NCBI GenBank assembly: GCA_038227875.1
Contig: JBBRPR010000031.1
Coordinates: 32,409 to 96,408 of the forward strand
From: Planctomycetota bacterium
GTDB lineage: Bacteria; Planctomycetota; SZUA-567; H5-PLA8
DNA: 64,000 bases
Direction of reading: 5' to 3'
Shown: positions 40,758 through 54,124 of the stretch, piece by piece
Layout of the letters: each line of letters starts with the position of its first letter
Numbering within the stretch: position 1 is the first letter of the stretch
Notes under the pieces: generated by a model
Database searches by the model: none
Told to the model about the DNA's origin: nothing
What the model saw: the letters and a program-made list of their open reading frames with translations, nothing else
Translations under genes and position numbers: made by a program

Positions 40758-41783
40758 ATGACATCTTCGACATCCAATCCATCCCCCTCCCCCACTCCAG
40801 TGGAGCTGGCGGCGGCGTGTAAGAATGGCGATCGACGTGCGGCATCGCGGTTGATTACGCTGCTGGAATCCGGCGACCCGCGGCTGGTCAGCGAGACGTC
40901 GCGGGCGGTTTCGCATTTCGCGTTACCGCGGCAGACGATCGGGCTGACCGGGCCGCCCGGAGCAGGCAAATCGACGCTCGTGGATTACGCGGTGAATCTT
41001 TTCCGCGCGCGCGGCGATCGCGTCGCGGTGCTCGCGATTGATCCATCGAGCCCGTTCACCGGCGGCGCGCTGCTCGGCGACCGCATCCGCATGTCGAGCT
41101 TGCGCAACGACACGGGTGTTTTCATTCGCTCGATGGGCAGCCGCGGCGCGACCGGTGGCATGGCGGCGGCAGCCAGCGACGCGCTGCGCGTGCTGGGCAC
41201 GGCCGGGTATCAGGTCGTCTTTCTTGAGACTGTTGGCGCGGGACAAGCGGAGACGGAAGTGGTGAACCTCGCCGACACCGTCTGGGTCGTGCAGGTCCCC
41301 GGCCTCGGCGACGACGTGCAGTTGATGAAGATGGGCATTCTCGAGATCGCCGACGTTTTCGTCGTGAACAAAGCCGACAAGCCCGAAGCCGAACACTTGA
41401 AGGTACAGATCGAACTGGCGCTGCAGACGAGCATCGAGCCGCCCTGCCGCGCGATACGGCAGCTGGGTCCGAAGTTTTCGAAAGCGTTCACCGGCACCCG
41501 CTGGACGCCACCGGTCCTGCTGGTCAGCGCGCTGAAACACACGGGCGGCCCGGAGCTCGTGACAGAAACCGAGAAACATCTGGAGTTCCTGCGCCAGCCG
41601 GAACTCGCGCCGGCATTGAAGCGCCACCGCATGTCGCGCGAATTGATCTGGCGCGCGGGGCTGCGTTTTCAGGCGTCGCTGCTCGATCAATTCGAGCCCG
41701 GCGCGGAGCTTTCGGGGCTGCTGGATCAATGCGCGAACGGAGAGATCTCGCTGGAGGCGGCCGTCGAGCGGATCCTTGAATAG
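40758..41783 (+). CDS. meaB: MeaB/ArgK family G3E GTPase
   Basis: GLTGPPGAGKST, AIDPSSPFTGGALLGDRIRM, ETVGAGQ, GDDVQLMKMGILE, NKAD. Confidence 0.9.
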   Translation: MTSSTSNPSPSPTPVELAAACKNGDRRAASRLITLLESGDPRLVSETSRAVSHFALPRQTIGLTGPPGAGKSTLVDYAVNLFRARGDRVAVLAIDPSSPFTGGALLGDRIRMSSLRNDTGVFIRSMGSRGATGGMAAAASDALRVLGTAGYQVVFLETVGAGQAETEVVNLADTVWVVQVPGLGDDVQLMKMGILEIADVFVVNKADKPEAEHLKVQIELALQTSIEPPCRAIRQLGPKFSKAFTGTRWTPPVLLVSALKHTGGPELVTETEKHLEFLRQPELAPALKRHRMSRELIWRAGLRFQASLLDQFEPGAELSGLLDQCANGEISLEAAVERILE

Positions 41784-41795
41784 ACCAGCTCTTTT

Positions 41796-41943
41796 ATCTC
41801 ACGCAAAGCCGCTAAGTCGCAAAGAACGGCAACAGACGGGATTCGGAAGTAGGGAATCGGGATTCGCCGATACGAATCCCGATTCCGGAATCCCCATTCC
41901 CCCCGTTCGCAGTTCTTAGCGTCTTTGCGGCTTTGCGTGAGAT
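41796..41943. repeat. MITE/REP-like palindromic element, copy 1
   Basis: Perfect 17-bp terminal inverted repeat ATCTCACGCAAAGCCGC / GCGGCTTTGCGTGAGAT enclosing GGGATTC/GAATCCC heptamer arms. Confidence 0.8.
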
Positions 41944-41953
41944 TTAGAAACGC

Positions 41954-42829
41954 CTACATCGACCTTGCCCTCCCCTGCCGCCGGTACGCCACGGGGCTGA
42001 CGCCGATTTCCTGTTTGAAGGCGCGGCTGAAGTGGAAGGGGTCGTCGTGGCCGACTTGGGCGGCGATTTCTTTGACGGGCAGGTCGGAGCCGAGCAGTAG
42101 TTGTTGCGCTTTCAGCATGCGTTGGCGCTGGATGTAATCGCGCGGCGGCATACCGAGCGCCTCGCGGAAAACGGTCTGGAAACGCGAGCCGGACAGATGC
42201 ACGACATTGGCAACGGTGTCGCGGCTTAAGTCCTCGTGCAAATGCGCGTGAATGTACGCCAGCGCCGGGGCGACGCGGTGCGTGCTGCCCAGACGGGTAA
42301 GGCTGTCGGGTTTCAGCGTGGAAAGTTGCGCGATTTCAGAGAGCAACTGGAAGCCGAGCGCTTTCTTTTTGAAGACGTGCTGTAGCGTTGGTGTGGCGAT
42401 GGTGCGGAGCTCACCAAGCTCTTCGTTGATGTCGCCGATTTTCTCGGCGGCGGCGTCCTTGATCACCAGCGGGATGTCGAGCAGCGCAGAGACATCGATC
42501 GAGCCCATGATCGCATAGTTGACATGCGACCAGCGGCTGTAGGCCTGGCTGTCGGTCACGAGTTCGGCGTTGTGGAGCACATTCGGCGGCATCGCGAACA
42601 TCTGGTTGAGCCGGGTCGTGACTGTTGCGTATCCTTCGGCCTGGATGTGAATCCGGCCGTTGACGCACTGCGCGGTGATGAGCGACGGGCAGCGGCGCCA
42701 ACCAGTTCCGTGCGGGCGCTGAATGGGCGTGACGTCGCCGGATTCGTAATCGAATTGGAGCGTTTCTTCGGCCAGTTTCAGAAAGGCCAGGACTTCCGGA
42801 CTCACCTTAAGCCCTCCCGAACACCTCAA
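41954..42829 (-). CDS. AraC family transcriptional regulator
   Basis: IAAQVGHDDPFHFSRAFKQEIGVSPVAYR; start uncertain. Confidence 0.9.
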   Translation of the reverse strand: MRCSGGLKVSPEVLAFLKLAEETLQFDYESGDVTPIQRPHGTGWRRCPSLITAQCVNGRIHIQAEGYATVTTRLNQMFAMPPNVLHNAELVTDSQAYSRWSHVNYAIMGSIDVSALLDIPLVIKDAAAEKIGDINEELGELRTIATPTLQHVFKKKALGFQLLSEIAQLSTLKPDSLTRLGSTHRVAPALAYIHAHLHEDLSRDTVANVVHLSGSRFQTVFREALGMPPRDYIQRQRMLKAQQLLLGSDLPVKEIAAQVGHDDPFHFSRAFKQEIGVSPVAYRRQGRARSM

Positions 42830-42971
42830 TGCGCATGTTTGTGATAGTCGAAAACGACATGTCTTTAGTCGCTCGTTCCATGGCAGACCGTCCTTACCAT
42901 GAGCTAATATGCTAGCACGAAATTGGACGGGCGGCAGGCTTACTTTCTTAGATTACTGGAGGCAGCGCTTC

Positions 42972-43805
42972 ATGAACAAGCTCACCCAGCAGCAGATCGA
43001 CTTCTTCGAAACGTTCGGGTTTCTTTCGTTTCCGGGGCTGATGGCGGACAAGGCGCAGGCGATTTCGGACGCATTCGAAGGCGTCTGGCAGAACCGCGGC
43101 GGCGGCCACAACGGACAGAAGCACGACGGCAAGGCGCGGTCGTGCATCGTGCCATTCATCGATCAGAGCGCGGTGTTGAGCGGACTGCTCGACGACCCGC
43201 GCATCGATGCAATTCCGACGAGCCTGCTGGGCGTTGATTACAATTACATGGGCAGCGACGGAAACTATTACGTCGGCGACACGGGCTGGCACTCGGACGG
43301 CTGGCACATTCACGTGCGGCACATCAAGATCGCGTTTTATCTCGATCCGCTCACGAAGGACACCGGCAGCCTGCGCGTGATTCCCGGCAGCCACCGCATC
43401 GACGACAAATTCGCGGAAGATCTGCAGAAGAAACTGGGCCGCAGCAGTGAGAACTGGAATATGGCCGGCAAGGACGTTCCGGCGCTCGCGCTGGAGACGA
43501 AGCCCGGCGATGTCGTCTGCTTCAACCACAACACCAAGCACGCGGCGTTTGGCGGCGGGCAGAACCGGCGCATGTTCACGATCAACCTCTGCCAGCGCTA
43601 CCCGGCCGACAAACTGCAGGAACTGCGCGATTACCTCTCCGGCCACGCGCGCTTCTGGGTCGATCGCAACTACGGTCCGGAAATGCTGCGCACGGCGGGA
43701 CCGGAGCGGATGAAGCATCTGGAGCAGGTGATGCAGAACGACGGTCACTTAAAGGAACTGTCGCGGCAGATGAAGGAAAAGATGCTGGAACCGTCGAGGG
43801 GGTAA
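42972..43805 (+). CDS. PhyH family Fe/2OG oxygenase
   Basis: FFETFGFL, GWHSDG (HxD), LRVIPGSH, KHAA...RR; GGAGG RBS. Confidence 0.9.
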   Translation: MNKLTQQQIDFFETFGFLSFPGLMADKAQAISDAFEGVWQNRGGGHNGQKHDGKARSCIVPFIDQSAVLSGLLDDPRIDAIPTSLLGVDYNYMGSDGNYYVGDTGWHSDGWHIHVRHIKIAFYLDPLTKDTGSLRVIPGSHRIDDKFAEDLQKKLGRSSENWNMAGKDVPALALETKPGDVVCFNHNTKHAAFGGGQNRRMFTINLCQRYPADKLQELRDYLSGHARFWVDRNYGPEMLRTAGPERMKHLEQVMQNDGHLKELSRQMKEKMLEPSRG

Positions 43806-43814
43806 GTCCTTTCA

Positions 43815-43957
43815 ATTCACGCAAATCCGCTAAGCCGCAAAGAACGGCAACAAACAGCGGGAATCGGCATTCGCCGCACTCTGCACGGCGAATCCCGAGT
43901 GCCGAATCCGATTCCTGCTGTTGCTGTTCTTTGCGCTTTTGCTGCTTTGCGTGAGAT
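43815..43957. repeat. MITE/REP-like palindromic element, copy 2
   Basis: TCACGCAAATCCGCTAAGCCGCAAAGAACGGCAACA is nearly identical to the left end of copy 1; ends GCTTTGCGTGAGAT. Confidence 0.8.
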
Positions 43958-44030
43958 AAAAATTGATCGCACGATTCTCTAATCCGCAATTCCGTTTCAA
44001 CCATCAGTATTACCTTATTCGAGCAGCAGT

Positions 44031-44079
44031 TGTTTCCAGTTTGCGCATGGCTGTGCAATAATGTGCAGACTGGAGAACA
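44031..44079 (+). promoter_or_regulatory. Hairpin sequestering the metH ribosome-binding site
   Basis: TGTT-TCCAGTTTGCGCAT pairs with ATGTGCAGACTGGA-G-AACA (two G-U pairs, one bulge); GGAG at 44072-44075. Confidence 0.55.
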
Positions 44080-44083
44080 TGCC

Positions 44084-47803
<3,720 letters not shown>

Positions 47804-47869
47804 GGCGCCTGGTTCCGCGTATGCTTTCGTTGCGAGATCGTTTCGATCCGCAACGGAGGCTCCATCACC

Positions 47870-48862
47870 ATGCTTAAACGCCCGCTCGGATCCCACGGAC
47901 TTCGCGTCTCGTCGCTTGGCCTTGGCTGCATGGGGATGAGCGAGTTTTACGACCCGAAGCAGATGAACGACGCGGAGTCGATTCGCGTGATTCATCATTA
48001 CCTGGATGCGGGCGGGAACTTTCTCGACACGGCCGATATGTACGGTGTCGGACGCAACGAAGAACTGGTCGGCAAGGCGATCGCCGGCCGGCGCGACGCG
48101 GTGGTGCTGGCCACAAAGTTCGCGAACGTGCGCGGTCCCAAGGGAGAATTCCTGGGAATCCGCGGCGACGCGAAATACGTGAAGGAATGCTGCGACGCCA
48201 GTCTCAAGCGGCTGGGCGTCACGCATATCGACCTCTACTACCAGCACCGCGTCGATCCCAAGACGCCGATCGAAGAGACCGTCGGCGCGATGGCGGAACT
48301 GGTAACGGCGGGCAAGGTGCGGCACCTCGGCCTTTCCGAAGCCTCGCCGGCCACGATCCGCCGCGCCGCGAAGGTCCATGCGATTGCCGCGCTGCAATCG
48401 GAGTACTCCCTGTGGAGCCGCGAACCGGAAGAACAGATTCTCCCGACGCTGCGCGAGCTGGGAATCGGCTTTGTCGCGTACAGTCCGCTCGGCCGCGGCT
48501 TTCTTACCGGACAGTTCAAGACGTTCGAAGATCTGCCGGCCGACGACTACCGCCGCCAGTCGCCGCGTTTTCAGGGCGAGAATTTCCAGAAGAATCTCGC
48601 GCTGGTCGAACAGATCAAGCAGCTGGCCGCGAGCCGGAAGTGCACGGCCGGTCAACTGGCGCTGGCGTGGGTGCTGGCGCAAGGGCAGGACATCGTGCCG
48701 ATTCCGGGCACCAAGCAGATCAAATACCTGGACGACAATCTCGGCGCGGCCAACGTAAGCCTCTCGGCAGCGGAGATGGCGCAGATCAACGCGATCATGC
48801 CCGCGGGTGCGGCCTCGGGAACGCGCTATCCGGCGCAAAGCATGAAAACGCTCGACGCATGA
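47870..48862 (+). CDS. Aldo/keto reductase
   Basis: [36 protein letters not shown]. Confidence 0.93.
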   Translation: MLKRPLGSHGLRVSSLGLGCMGMSEFYDPKQMNDAESIRVIHHYLDAGGNFLDTADMYGVGRNEELVGKAIAGRRDAVVLATKFANVRGPKGEFLGIRGDAKYVKECCDASLKRLGVTHIDLYYQHRVDPKTPIEETVGAMAELVTAGKVRHLGLSEASPATIRRAAKVHAIAALQSEYSLWSREPEEQILPTLRELGIGFVAYSPLGRGFLTGQFKTFEDLPADDYRRQSPRFQGENFQKNLALVEQIKQLAASRKCTAGQLALAWVLAQGQDIVPIPGTKQIKYLDDNLGAANVSLSAAEMAQINAIMPAGAASGTRYPAQSMKTLDA

Positions 48863-48924
48863 ACGCTCTCAGACCTGGGTTGATCGACAGCTCGGCATAA
48901 ATTTATCCGATGGTTAAAACGGGA

Positions 48925-49014
48925 CACCTCGCCGCCAATTGGCGGCATGGTCAAAATGACCTGTGCATCAATTGATGCAGGGGTCTGACCTTGGAGACAA
49001 TTGTCTTCAGGGTA
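48925..49014. repeat. Three tandem 28-bp palindromic units (ACCT-N6-CAATTG-N7-GGT)
   Basis: CACCTC-GCCGC-CAATTG-GCGGC-ATGGTC; GACCTG-TGCAT-CAATTG-ATGCA-GGGGTC; GACCTT-GGAGA-CAATTG-TCTTC-AGGGTA. Confidence 0.8.
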
Positions 49015-49159
49015 GTCCGTTGTTGCACTTCGATTCGGCCGGTTTTCTCCTCTGTAAATTGATTTGCGACAATTCGAAAGAATTTTGTCGCATTCGTTCA
49101 CGTGTCTCCGTTGGAAGGGGAAAGCGGATTACTGTTTTCGGCGACGGAGGTAGATTAAG

Positions 49160-52100
49160 ATGCTGACACTGGATGATCGCCGCACGCGCACGCTTCGGAG
49201 CGAACGGATGAGCTCACGGACCGACCTACTTGCGTATGGCGATGCGGCTTATCTCCTGGCCTATCGCATCACCGGAAACAGCGCCGACGCCGAAGACGTG
49301 GTGCAGGACGCGTACTTGCGCGCGTTGCGTCACGCGGCTGAACACACGCTGCCGGAAGGCGATGAGTTGCGGAAATGGTTCCTGCGCGTCGTCGCCAACG
49401 CCGCGAAGGATTTCCGTTCCGCAAAACAGAGCCGCCAGGCCCGGGAGAAAACCGCCATGTCCGAATCCACATCCAGCGCCGCGCCGCATCAGGAACAGGA
49501 CGTCCTGCGCGACGCGATCGCCGAAGCGCTCAACGGCTTGGATGAAAGTTTGCGCGTGCCGGTCTGCCTGCATTACGAGCAGGGACTTTCCTACGCGGAG
49601 GCGGCGGAGGTGCTGGGCGCGCCCGAAGGGACGCTACGCAAGTACGCCAGCCGTGGAATCGAACTGCTGCGCGAGAAGTTGGCACGGCAGGGACACGTGG
49701 TTGCACCGGCACTGATCACGGCGACGCTGGCCAAAGGTCTGGGCATTGCAGCGCCGGCATCGCTGGCCGCTTCCGTGAGCGGACTTGTTGCGGGTGGCGC
49801 GCTGCCGGCCGCGAAAGCGGCGGCCACGGCGACCACCATTGCGGGAGCCACCGCGGCCACGGGGCTCACGGTGAAATTGGTGGTCGCGGCGGTGCTGGTT
49901 TTTGGAGCGTGTACGGCAGTGAAACTCGCGGGCACTGGTCCCGTCAAACCCCTCGAAACAGGCGGCGAGAAGGAGACTGCGTCAGCGGCTGATCCGGAAC
50001 ATTTGAAGGCGGTCGCCAGCGCCTGGCTGTCCAGCTACCCGGGCGAAGAGAACACGAGTTGCGGCAAGGGCGAACAGTTCAAGTTGAAGACCTACCAGGA
50101 GTGCGCTCTGCTCCGCTTTGAAAATGGACCGCGCCGAGGGCGCGAAGTGGCCAGCGCGCGGCTCTTTTTGAAACCTGCCGGTCCGATCAAGATCCGCTAT
50201 CTGCGCCTTTCCACAGTCAATGGCGACTGGACAGAAGGAAATGGTACAAAAAATTATGGACCCGCCGACGGCGCGACATTCTCGCAGGCCGATTCCACCG
50301 CGAAACGCGCGTGGTCCTGGCCGGGATCGGAAGCCAGCGATGTGATCATGACAAACGGCAATACGCTGGCGTGCTACGGCGAAATCAAGGATGAGGCGGA
50401 CGGCTGGATTTCGGTCAACGTCGCTCCGGAACTGATTTACGCGCTGGCCAACAACGACACGGATGGCCTGGCGGTGTTAGAGGGCGGCACGATTCTGCTG
50501 GCCAACAATTTCTTCTACAGTTCGCATTCAAAGGGTAACGAGCCGCGGCTGGACATCACCTATGGCGCGGAGGTCAAAGAAGCTCCCGCAGCACCGGCGC
50601 TCGTCGCAGAAGGTGCGGCCGCGCAGGCGCATCTCAAAACGGGCGCTGCGAAAATTGTGATTTCGGAAGCGGCCGGCGTAGCGTGCTGGAAACTCAAGCT
50701 CGACGGCAAGCCCGTCGAACGCTGGCGCGTGAAGCATCCGGAGTCAAAGGGCGCGACGACGTTGGTGCTCGAGGATCTGGAACCGAACAGCGTTCACGAA
50801 TTGGAAACGGTCGCAATCGGGCGCGGCGGACAGACGTCGGAGCCGACGCGGGTGAAGTTCACGTCCTCACCGGCGCTGCCAGTCCCGGCGGAGATTCAGG
50901 TCAAGGTTCCTGAGAAGAGCACCGGAACTGCTGCGTCCAACGCCGTGATCCGCGCATGGGCGTTTCCGCCGCTGGTGAAACTGAGTCCTGAGAAGCCGGA
51001 ATTGATCTGCGGCGACGAGAAGGCCACGGAGCATCCGCAGAACGGCAATGCGGTGTGGAATGGCAAGTCGATCCAGCTCTGCGGTGCGCGTGGCGAGATT
51101 GTCTCCTATCAACTCTGCATTGAGAAACTGGGCGAGGAACCGCTCAGCGGCGTGACGGTAACGCCACTGGAATTGAGCGGGCCCGGCGGTGCCGTGATCG
51201 GCGTGCAGAACATCGAACTCTTTAAGAATTGGTACGCGCAGAATTCCGCCAAGCAGTGGCAGCCCGCGTACGGCGTGCCGCTGCCGACGGGGCATGAGTT
51301 CAGCATTCCGGATCCCAAGCGCACGTTACTGCCGAAACAGCAGAATCAGAGTCTGTACGTGGACCTTTTCATACCGAAGACAGCCGCTGCTGGCGCATAT
51401 GCCGGAAACATTGTGGTTCGGGTCGGTGGCGAGAATGCGCTGACGCTACCAGTCGCGCTCACCGTCTTCGACTTTACGCTGCCGGACGAACTGTCCTTCC
51501 GCCCGGAGCTCAACGCCTACTCCACGCCCGCGGAATCCGAACAGTACTACCGCCTCGCCCAGCAGCACCGCTGTGTGCTCAATATTCGCGACAAGCATCA
51601 GCCGATCCGCCTGACCGGCAGCGGCAAGAACGTGCACGTGATCTGGGACGAATACGATCAGTACTTCGGACAGATGTTCTCCGGCGATCTCTTCGCCGGG
51701 AACCACCGCGCGGGAATGCCGCTGGAGTCCCTGTATTTGCCCTACCACGACAACTGGCCGACGGTGCTGACGCAGCAGACCTACAACTATGCGGGCCATT
51801 GGCCGGGCAAGGGCGAATCAACGGAATTCATCCATGAGCACAGCATGAAGGCTCCGCCGATCGAAACGGCGCTGAGCCAGGATTACAAGGACGCGTTCGT
51901 CGCGGTCGAAAAGCAATTCATCGAGCATTTCAAAGCGCGCGGTTGGACGCAGACGGAAATGCAGATGATTTTCGATGGCAAGGATTACCAGCGCCTCGAT
52001 TTCGGCGCCAACTACTGGTTCACGACCGACGAGCCGTCGCACTGGAACGATTGGCTGGCGGTCCGTTTCTTCTGCAAGCTGTGGAGCGACAACCGCGGCG

Positions 52101-53125
52101 GGGCCGATGCGCGGATCTGGCCGGCGCGGGCGGACATTTCGCGGCCGCAGTGGCAGGCCGCGACGCTCGATGGCGTGGTCAACACGGTTTACTTCGGCAC
52201 CGGCGGATTCAGTTCACCGGCGATGGCGCGGCGGTGCGAAACTCTGGCGGCGCAGGTGCCCCTGAAATGCAACGCGTATGGCGGCTGCAACGCGGATAAT
52301 ACGAGCAACACGAAGACCGTTGCGATCCTGCTCAACGCCTGGCTGCACGGCTCCGAAGCGTTCACGCCATGGCAGACGCTGGGCAACACCGCGTCGCTCG
52401 ATGCCAACGATGAAAACGGCAACGGAAATTCCCTGCTGGCGCCGGCGCGGCGCCTGGGGCCGGCGGTCGTGGCGGACATCCGCCTGAAAGCGATGCGCGA
52501 TGGCGAGCAGTTGATCGAGTATCTGAACATCCTTGCCCAGCGCAACGGCCTGAACCGCGAGCAGCTTCGCGCCATGCTGCTGCCCTCGTTGAACGTGAAC
52601 GCCACAGTGCGCGCCGGAGCCAATGCCGACGACGCCGATGCGCTGGAGGCCAGCACGATTGAGCCCTGGCGCATGGCTGAATTGCGCCAGCGCGTGGCGG
52701 ACTTGATTGCGAAGGGCGAGAGCGCGGAGGTCCTGAAAGTGCAGTCCGTACGTTTGGAGAAAGGCAGCGCGGACGAGAAAATCGGTGCGCTGAAGTCCGT
52801 GAGCCAGACCGGCAATCCCGAACTTCTGAACCGGATGATCGCATTGACGGCCGACGCAGATGTGCGGGTGCGCATCGCCGCGGCGAGCACGCTGTTGAAG
52901 CGCGGCGACGTTCGGGGCGTGGCTCCGCTGCTGGAAATTCTAAATGGGAAAGAGTTGGACTTGAGAACGGCGGCGTACTGGCCGCTGAAGATTCATTCGC
53001 GCACAGCGGTGGCCGATGCCGCGGTGCAAGCCGCGCTGACACAGTTTGAAAAGGAGCGCGCTGAGGCGGTCAAACAAGCGTCAAAAGTGCCGCTGGAACC
53101 GGACGTTAAATCGCAGGACTTTTAA
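49160..53125 (+). CDS. ECF sigma factor fused to a TM segment and a large extracytoplasmic region (FN3-like, GH123/DUF4091-like, HEAT)
   Basis: sigma2 DAEDVVQDAYL...WFLRVVAN; sigma4 LHYEQGLSYAEAAEVLG.PEGT; TM LVVAAVLVFGA; GARGEIVSYQ, DEP and MRDGEQ..EYL motifs; VRIAAA repeats. Confidence 0.85.
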   Translation: MLTLDDRRTRTLRSERMSSRTDLLAYGDAAYLLAYRITGNSADAEDVVQDAYLRALRHAAEHTLPEGDELRKWFLRVVANAAKDFRSAKQSRQAREKTAMSESTSSAAPHQEQDVLRDAIAEALNGLDESLRVPVCLHYEQGLSYAEAAEVLGAPEGTLRKYASRGIELLREKLARQGHVVAPALITATLAKGLGIAAPASLAASVSGLVAGGALPAAKAAATATTIAGATAATGLTVKLVVAAVLVFGACTAVKLAGTGPVKPLETGGEKETASAADPEHLKAVASAWLSSYPGEENTSCGKGEQFKLKTYQECALLRFENGPRRGREVASARLFLKPAGPIKIRYLRLSTVNGDWTEGNGTKNYGPADGATFSQADSTAKRAWSWPGSEASDVIMTNGNTLACYGEIKDEADGWISVNVAPELIYALANNDTDGLAVLEGGTILLANNFFYSSHSKGNEPRLDITYGAEVKEAPAAPALVAEGAAAQAHLKTGAAKIVISEAAGVACWKLKLDGKPVERWRVKHPESKGATTLVLEDLEPNSVHELETVAIGRGGQTSEPTRVKFTSSPALPVPAEIQVKVPEKSTGTAASNAVIRAWAFPPLVKLSPEKPELICGDEKATEHPQNGNAVWNGKSIQLCGARGEIVSYQLCIEKLGEEPLSGVTVTPLELSGPGGAVIGVQNIELFKNWYAQNSAKQWQPAYGVPLPTGHEFSIPDPKRTLLPKQQNQSLYVDLFIPKTAAAGAYAGNIVVRVGGENALTLPVALTVFDFTLPDELSFRPELNAYSTPAESEQYYRLAQQHRCVLNIRDKHQPIRLTGSGKNVHVIWDEYDQYFGQMFSGDLFAGNHRAGMPLESLYLPYHDNWPTVLTQQTYNYAGHWPGKGESTEFIHEHSMKAPPIETALSQDYKDAFVAVEKQFIEHFKARGWTQTEMQMIFDGKDYQRLDFGANYWFTTDEPSHWNDWLAVRFFCKLWSDNRGGADARIWPARADISRPQWQAATLDGVVNTVYFGTGGFSSPAMARRCETLAAQVPLKCNAYGGCNADNTSNTKTVAILLNAWLHGSEAFTPWQTLGNTASLDANDENGNGNSLLAPARRLGPAVVADIRLKAMRDGEQLIEYLNILAQRNGLNREQLRAMLLPSLNVNATVRAGANADDADALEASTIEPWRMAELRQRVADLIAKGESAEVLKVQSVRLEKGSADEKIGALKSVSQTGNPELLNRMIALTADADVRVRIAAASTLLKRGDVRGVAPLLEILNGKELDLRTAAYWPLKIHSRTAVADAAVQAALTQFEKERAEAVKQASKVPLEPDVKSQDF

Positions 53126-53976
53126 TGAGCGGTGGAAGCCGAGGCGGGCAACACGGCGCACTTTCGCGGTCCCATCACATCCACTTTCGTACCGGCATCC
53201 ATGAAGAGGAAAACGTTGACGACCGCCTTTTCGTCCGACGATCCGGAATCATTTTCATCCTTGATGTAGTACGCAAGGAACTCCGGTCCGTAGAAATACT
53301 TCAGACCGGTCATCGGTTCCCAGAGCGGAACTTTGTCTTTGAATTTCAGATCCGGCTGACCCAGCAGGGCGCAGACTTCGGCGGCATTCCGCACTGAACT
53401 CAGGCGTTCTGCGCAGATCTGAAAATCGCTCAGCATCTTTGGGCCGCTGACGTGCAAGCGGTCCAATACGGCTTGCTGCCCGGAATTCGCGGTGCGGTGG
53501 CGTGCCCAGATGACCGTGAGCGTGATGGCGAGGACGACTGCCAGACTCCCCAGCGCACCGGCGAGAATCAACATTTTCGGAATCCGCTCGGCCGATACAG
53601 GGGCCAGTCTGGATGCGCTTGCGTCGGAGATGCGCGCTGACGCGCGATTTCCGGCAGCGAGATTGATGCGCGAATGCGTGACCGTTCCCAGGCCCTGAGG
53701 CGCGCTAGGAGCGCCCGCGGATTTGGCGGCATTGGCAACGGGAATGCTGCTTTTCGACGCCGCACCCATGCGCGGCTTAGCGGCCTGGCTGCCCTGATTG
53801 GCCACCGGTTTCGGCTCGGGTTTGGACATCGTGTTCAGGCCACTCATCGAGCCAATTCTGTTCACCGGGCGGACGGGATGGTAATTAGAATTCACTGCGG
53901 GAATGCTTGACGCGGTCAGTCTTCCCACCGAGCCCTGCGTCGGCACGTTCTGGCTTCGGGAACTGGACGTTATCAT
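53122..53976 (-). CDS. Hypothetical single-pass membrane protein
   Basis: Low-complexity N-terminus, TM MLILAGALGSLAVVLAITLTVIW, V..LLGQPD (SmpA/BamE-like) motif; start uncertain. Confidence 0.55.
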   Translation of the reverse strand: MITSSSRSQNVPTQGSVGRLTASSIPAVNSNYHPVRPVNRIGSMSGLNTMSKPEPKPVANQGSQAAKPRMGAASKSSIPVANAAKSAGAPSAPQGLGTVTHSRINLAAGNRASARISDASASRLAPVSAERIPKMLILAGALGSLAVVLAITLTVIWARHRTANSGQQAVLDRLHVSGPKMLSDFQICAERLSSVRNAAEVCALLGQPDLKFKDKVPLWEPMTGLKYFYGPEFLAYYIKDENDSGSSDEKAVVNVFLFMDAGTKVDVMGPRKCAVLPASASTAH

Positions 53977-54124
53977 CGTCGCGCCCTGTCTTGAAATCTG
54001 CCGCACGCCGTTCTCTAAAAACTCCCTTTGTTCTTTAAATAGTACACCGAGACAAGGGCCGATCAACACTGAAATCGGGCCCATTTCCGAAAGAAAATCA
54101 ACGCCGGCGTCCAGCATGGCGGGA

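Noticed and set aside
43960..44083. Canonical SAM-I or cobalamin riboswitch before metH
   Set aside because: No ATCxAGAG/GAGGGA core and no B12-box/GGGAA elements; the space is short. Only the RBS hairpin is reported.
48925..49014. CRISPR, TIGR or dif identity for the 28-bp units
   Set aside because: The variable parts are only 5-7 nt and self-complementary; no box C/D motifs, no XerD arm (TTATGTTAAAT), and no Cas, Nop-domain or recombinase gene in the window.
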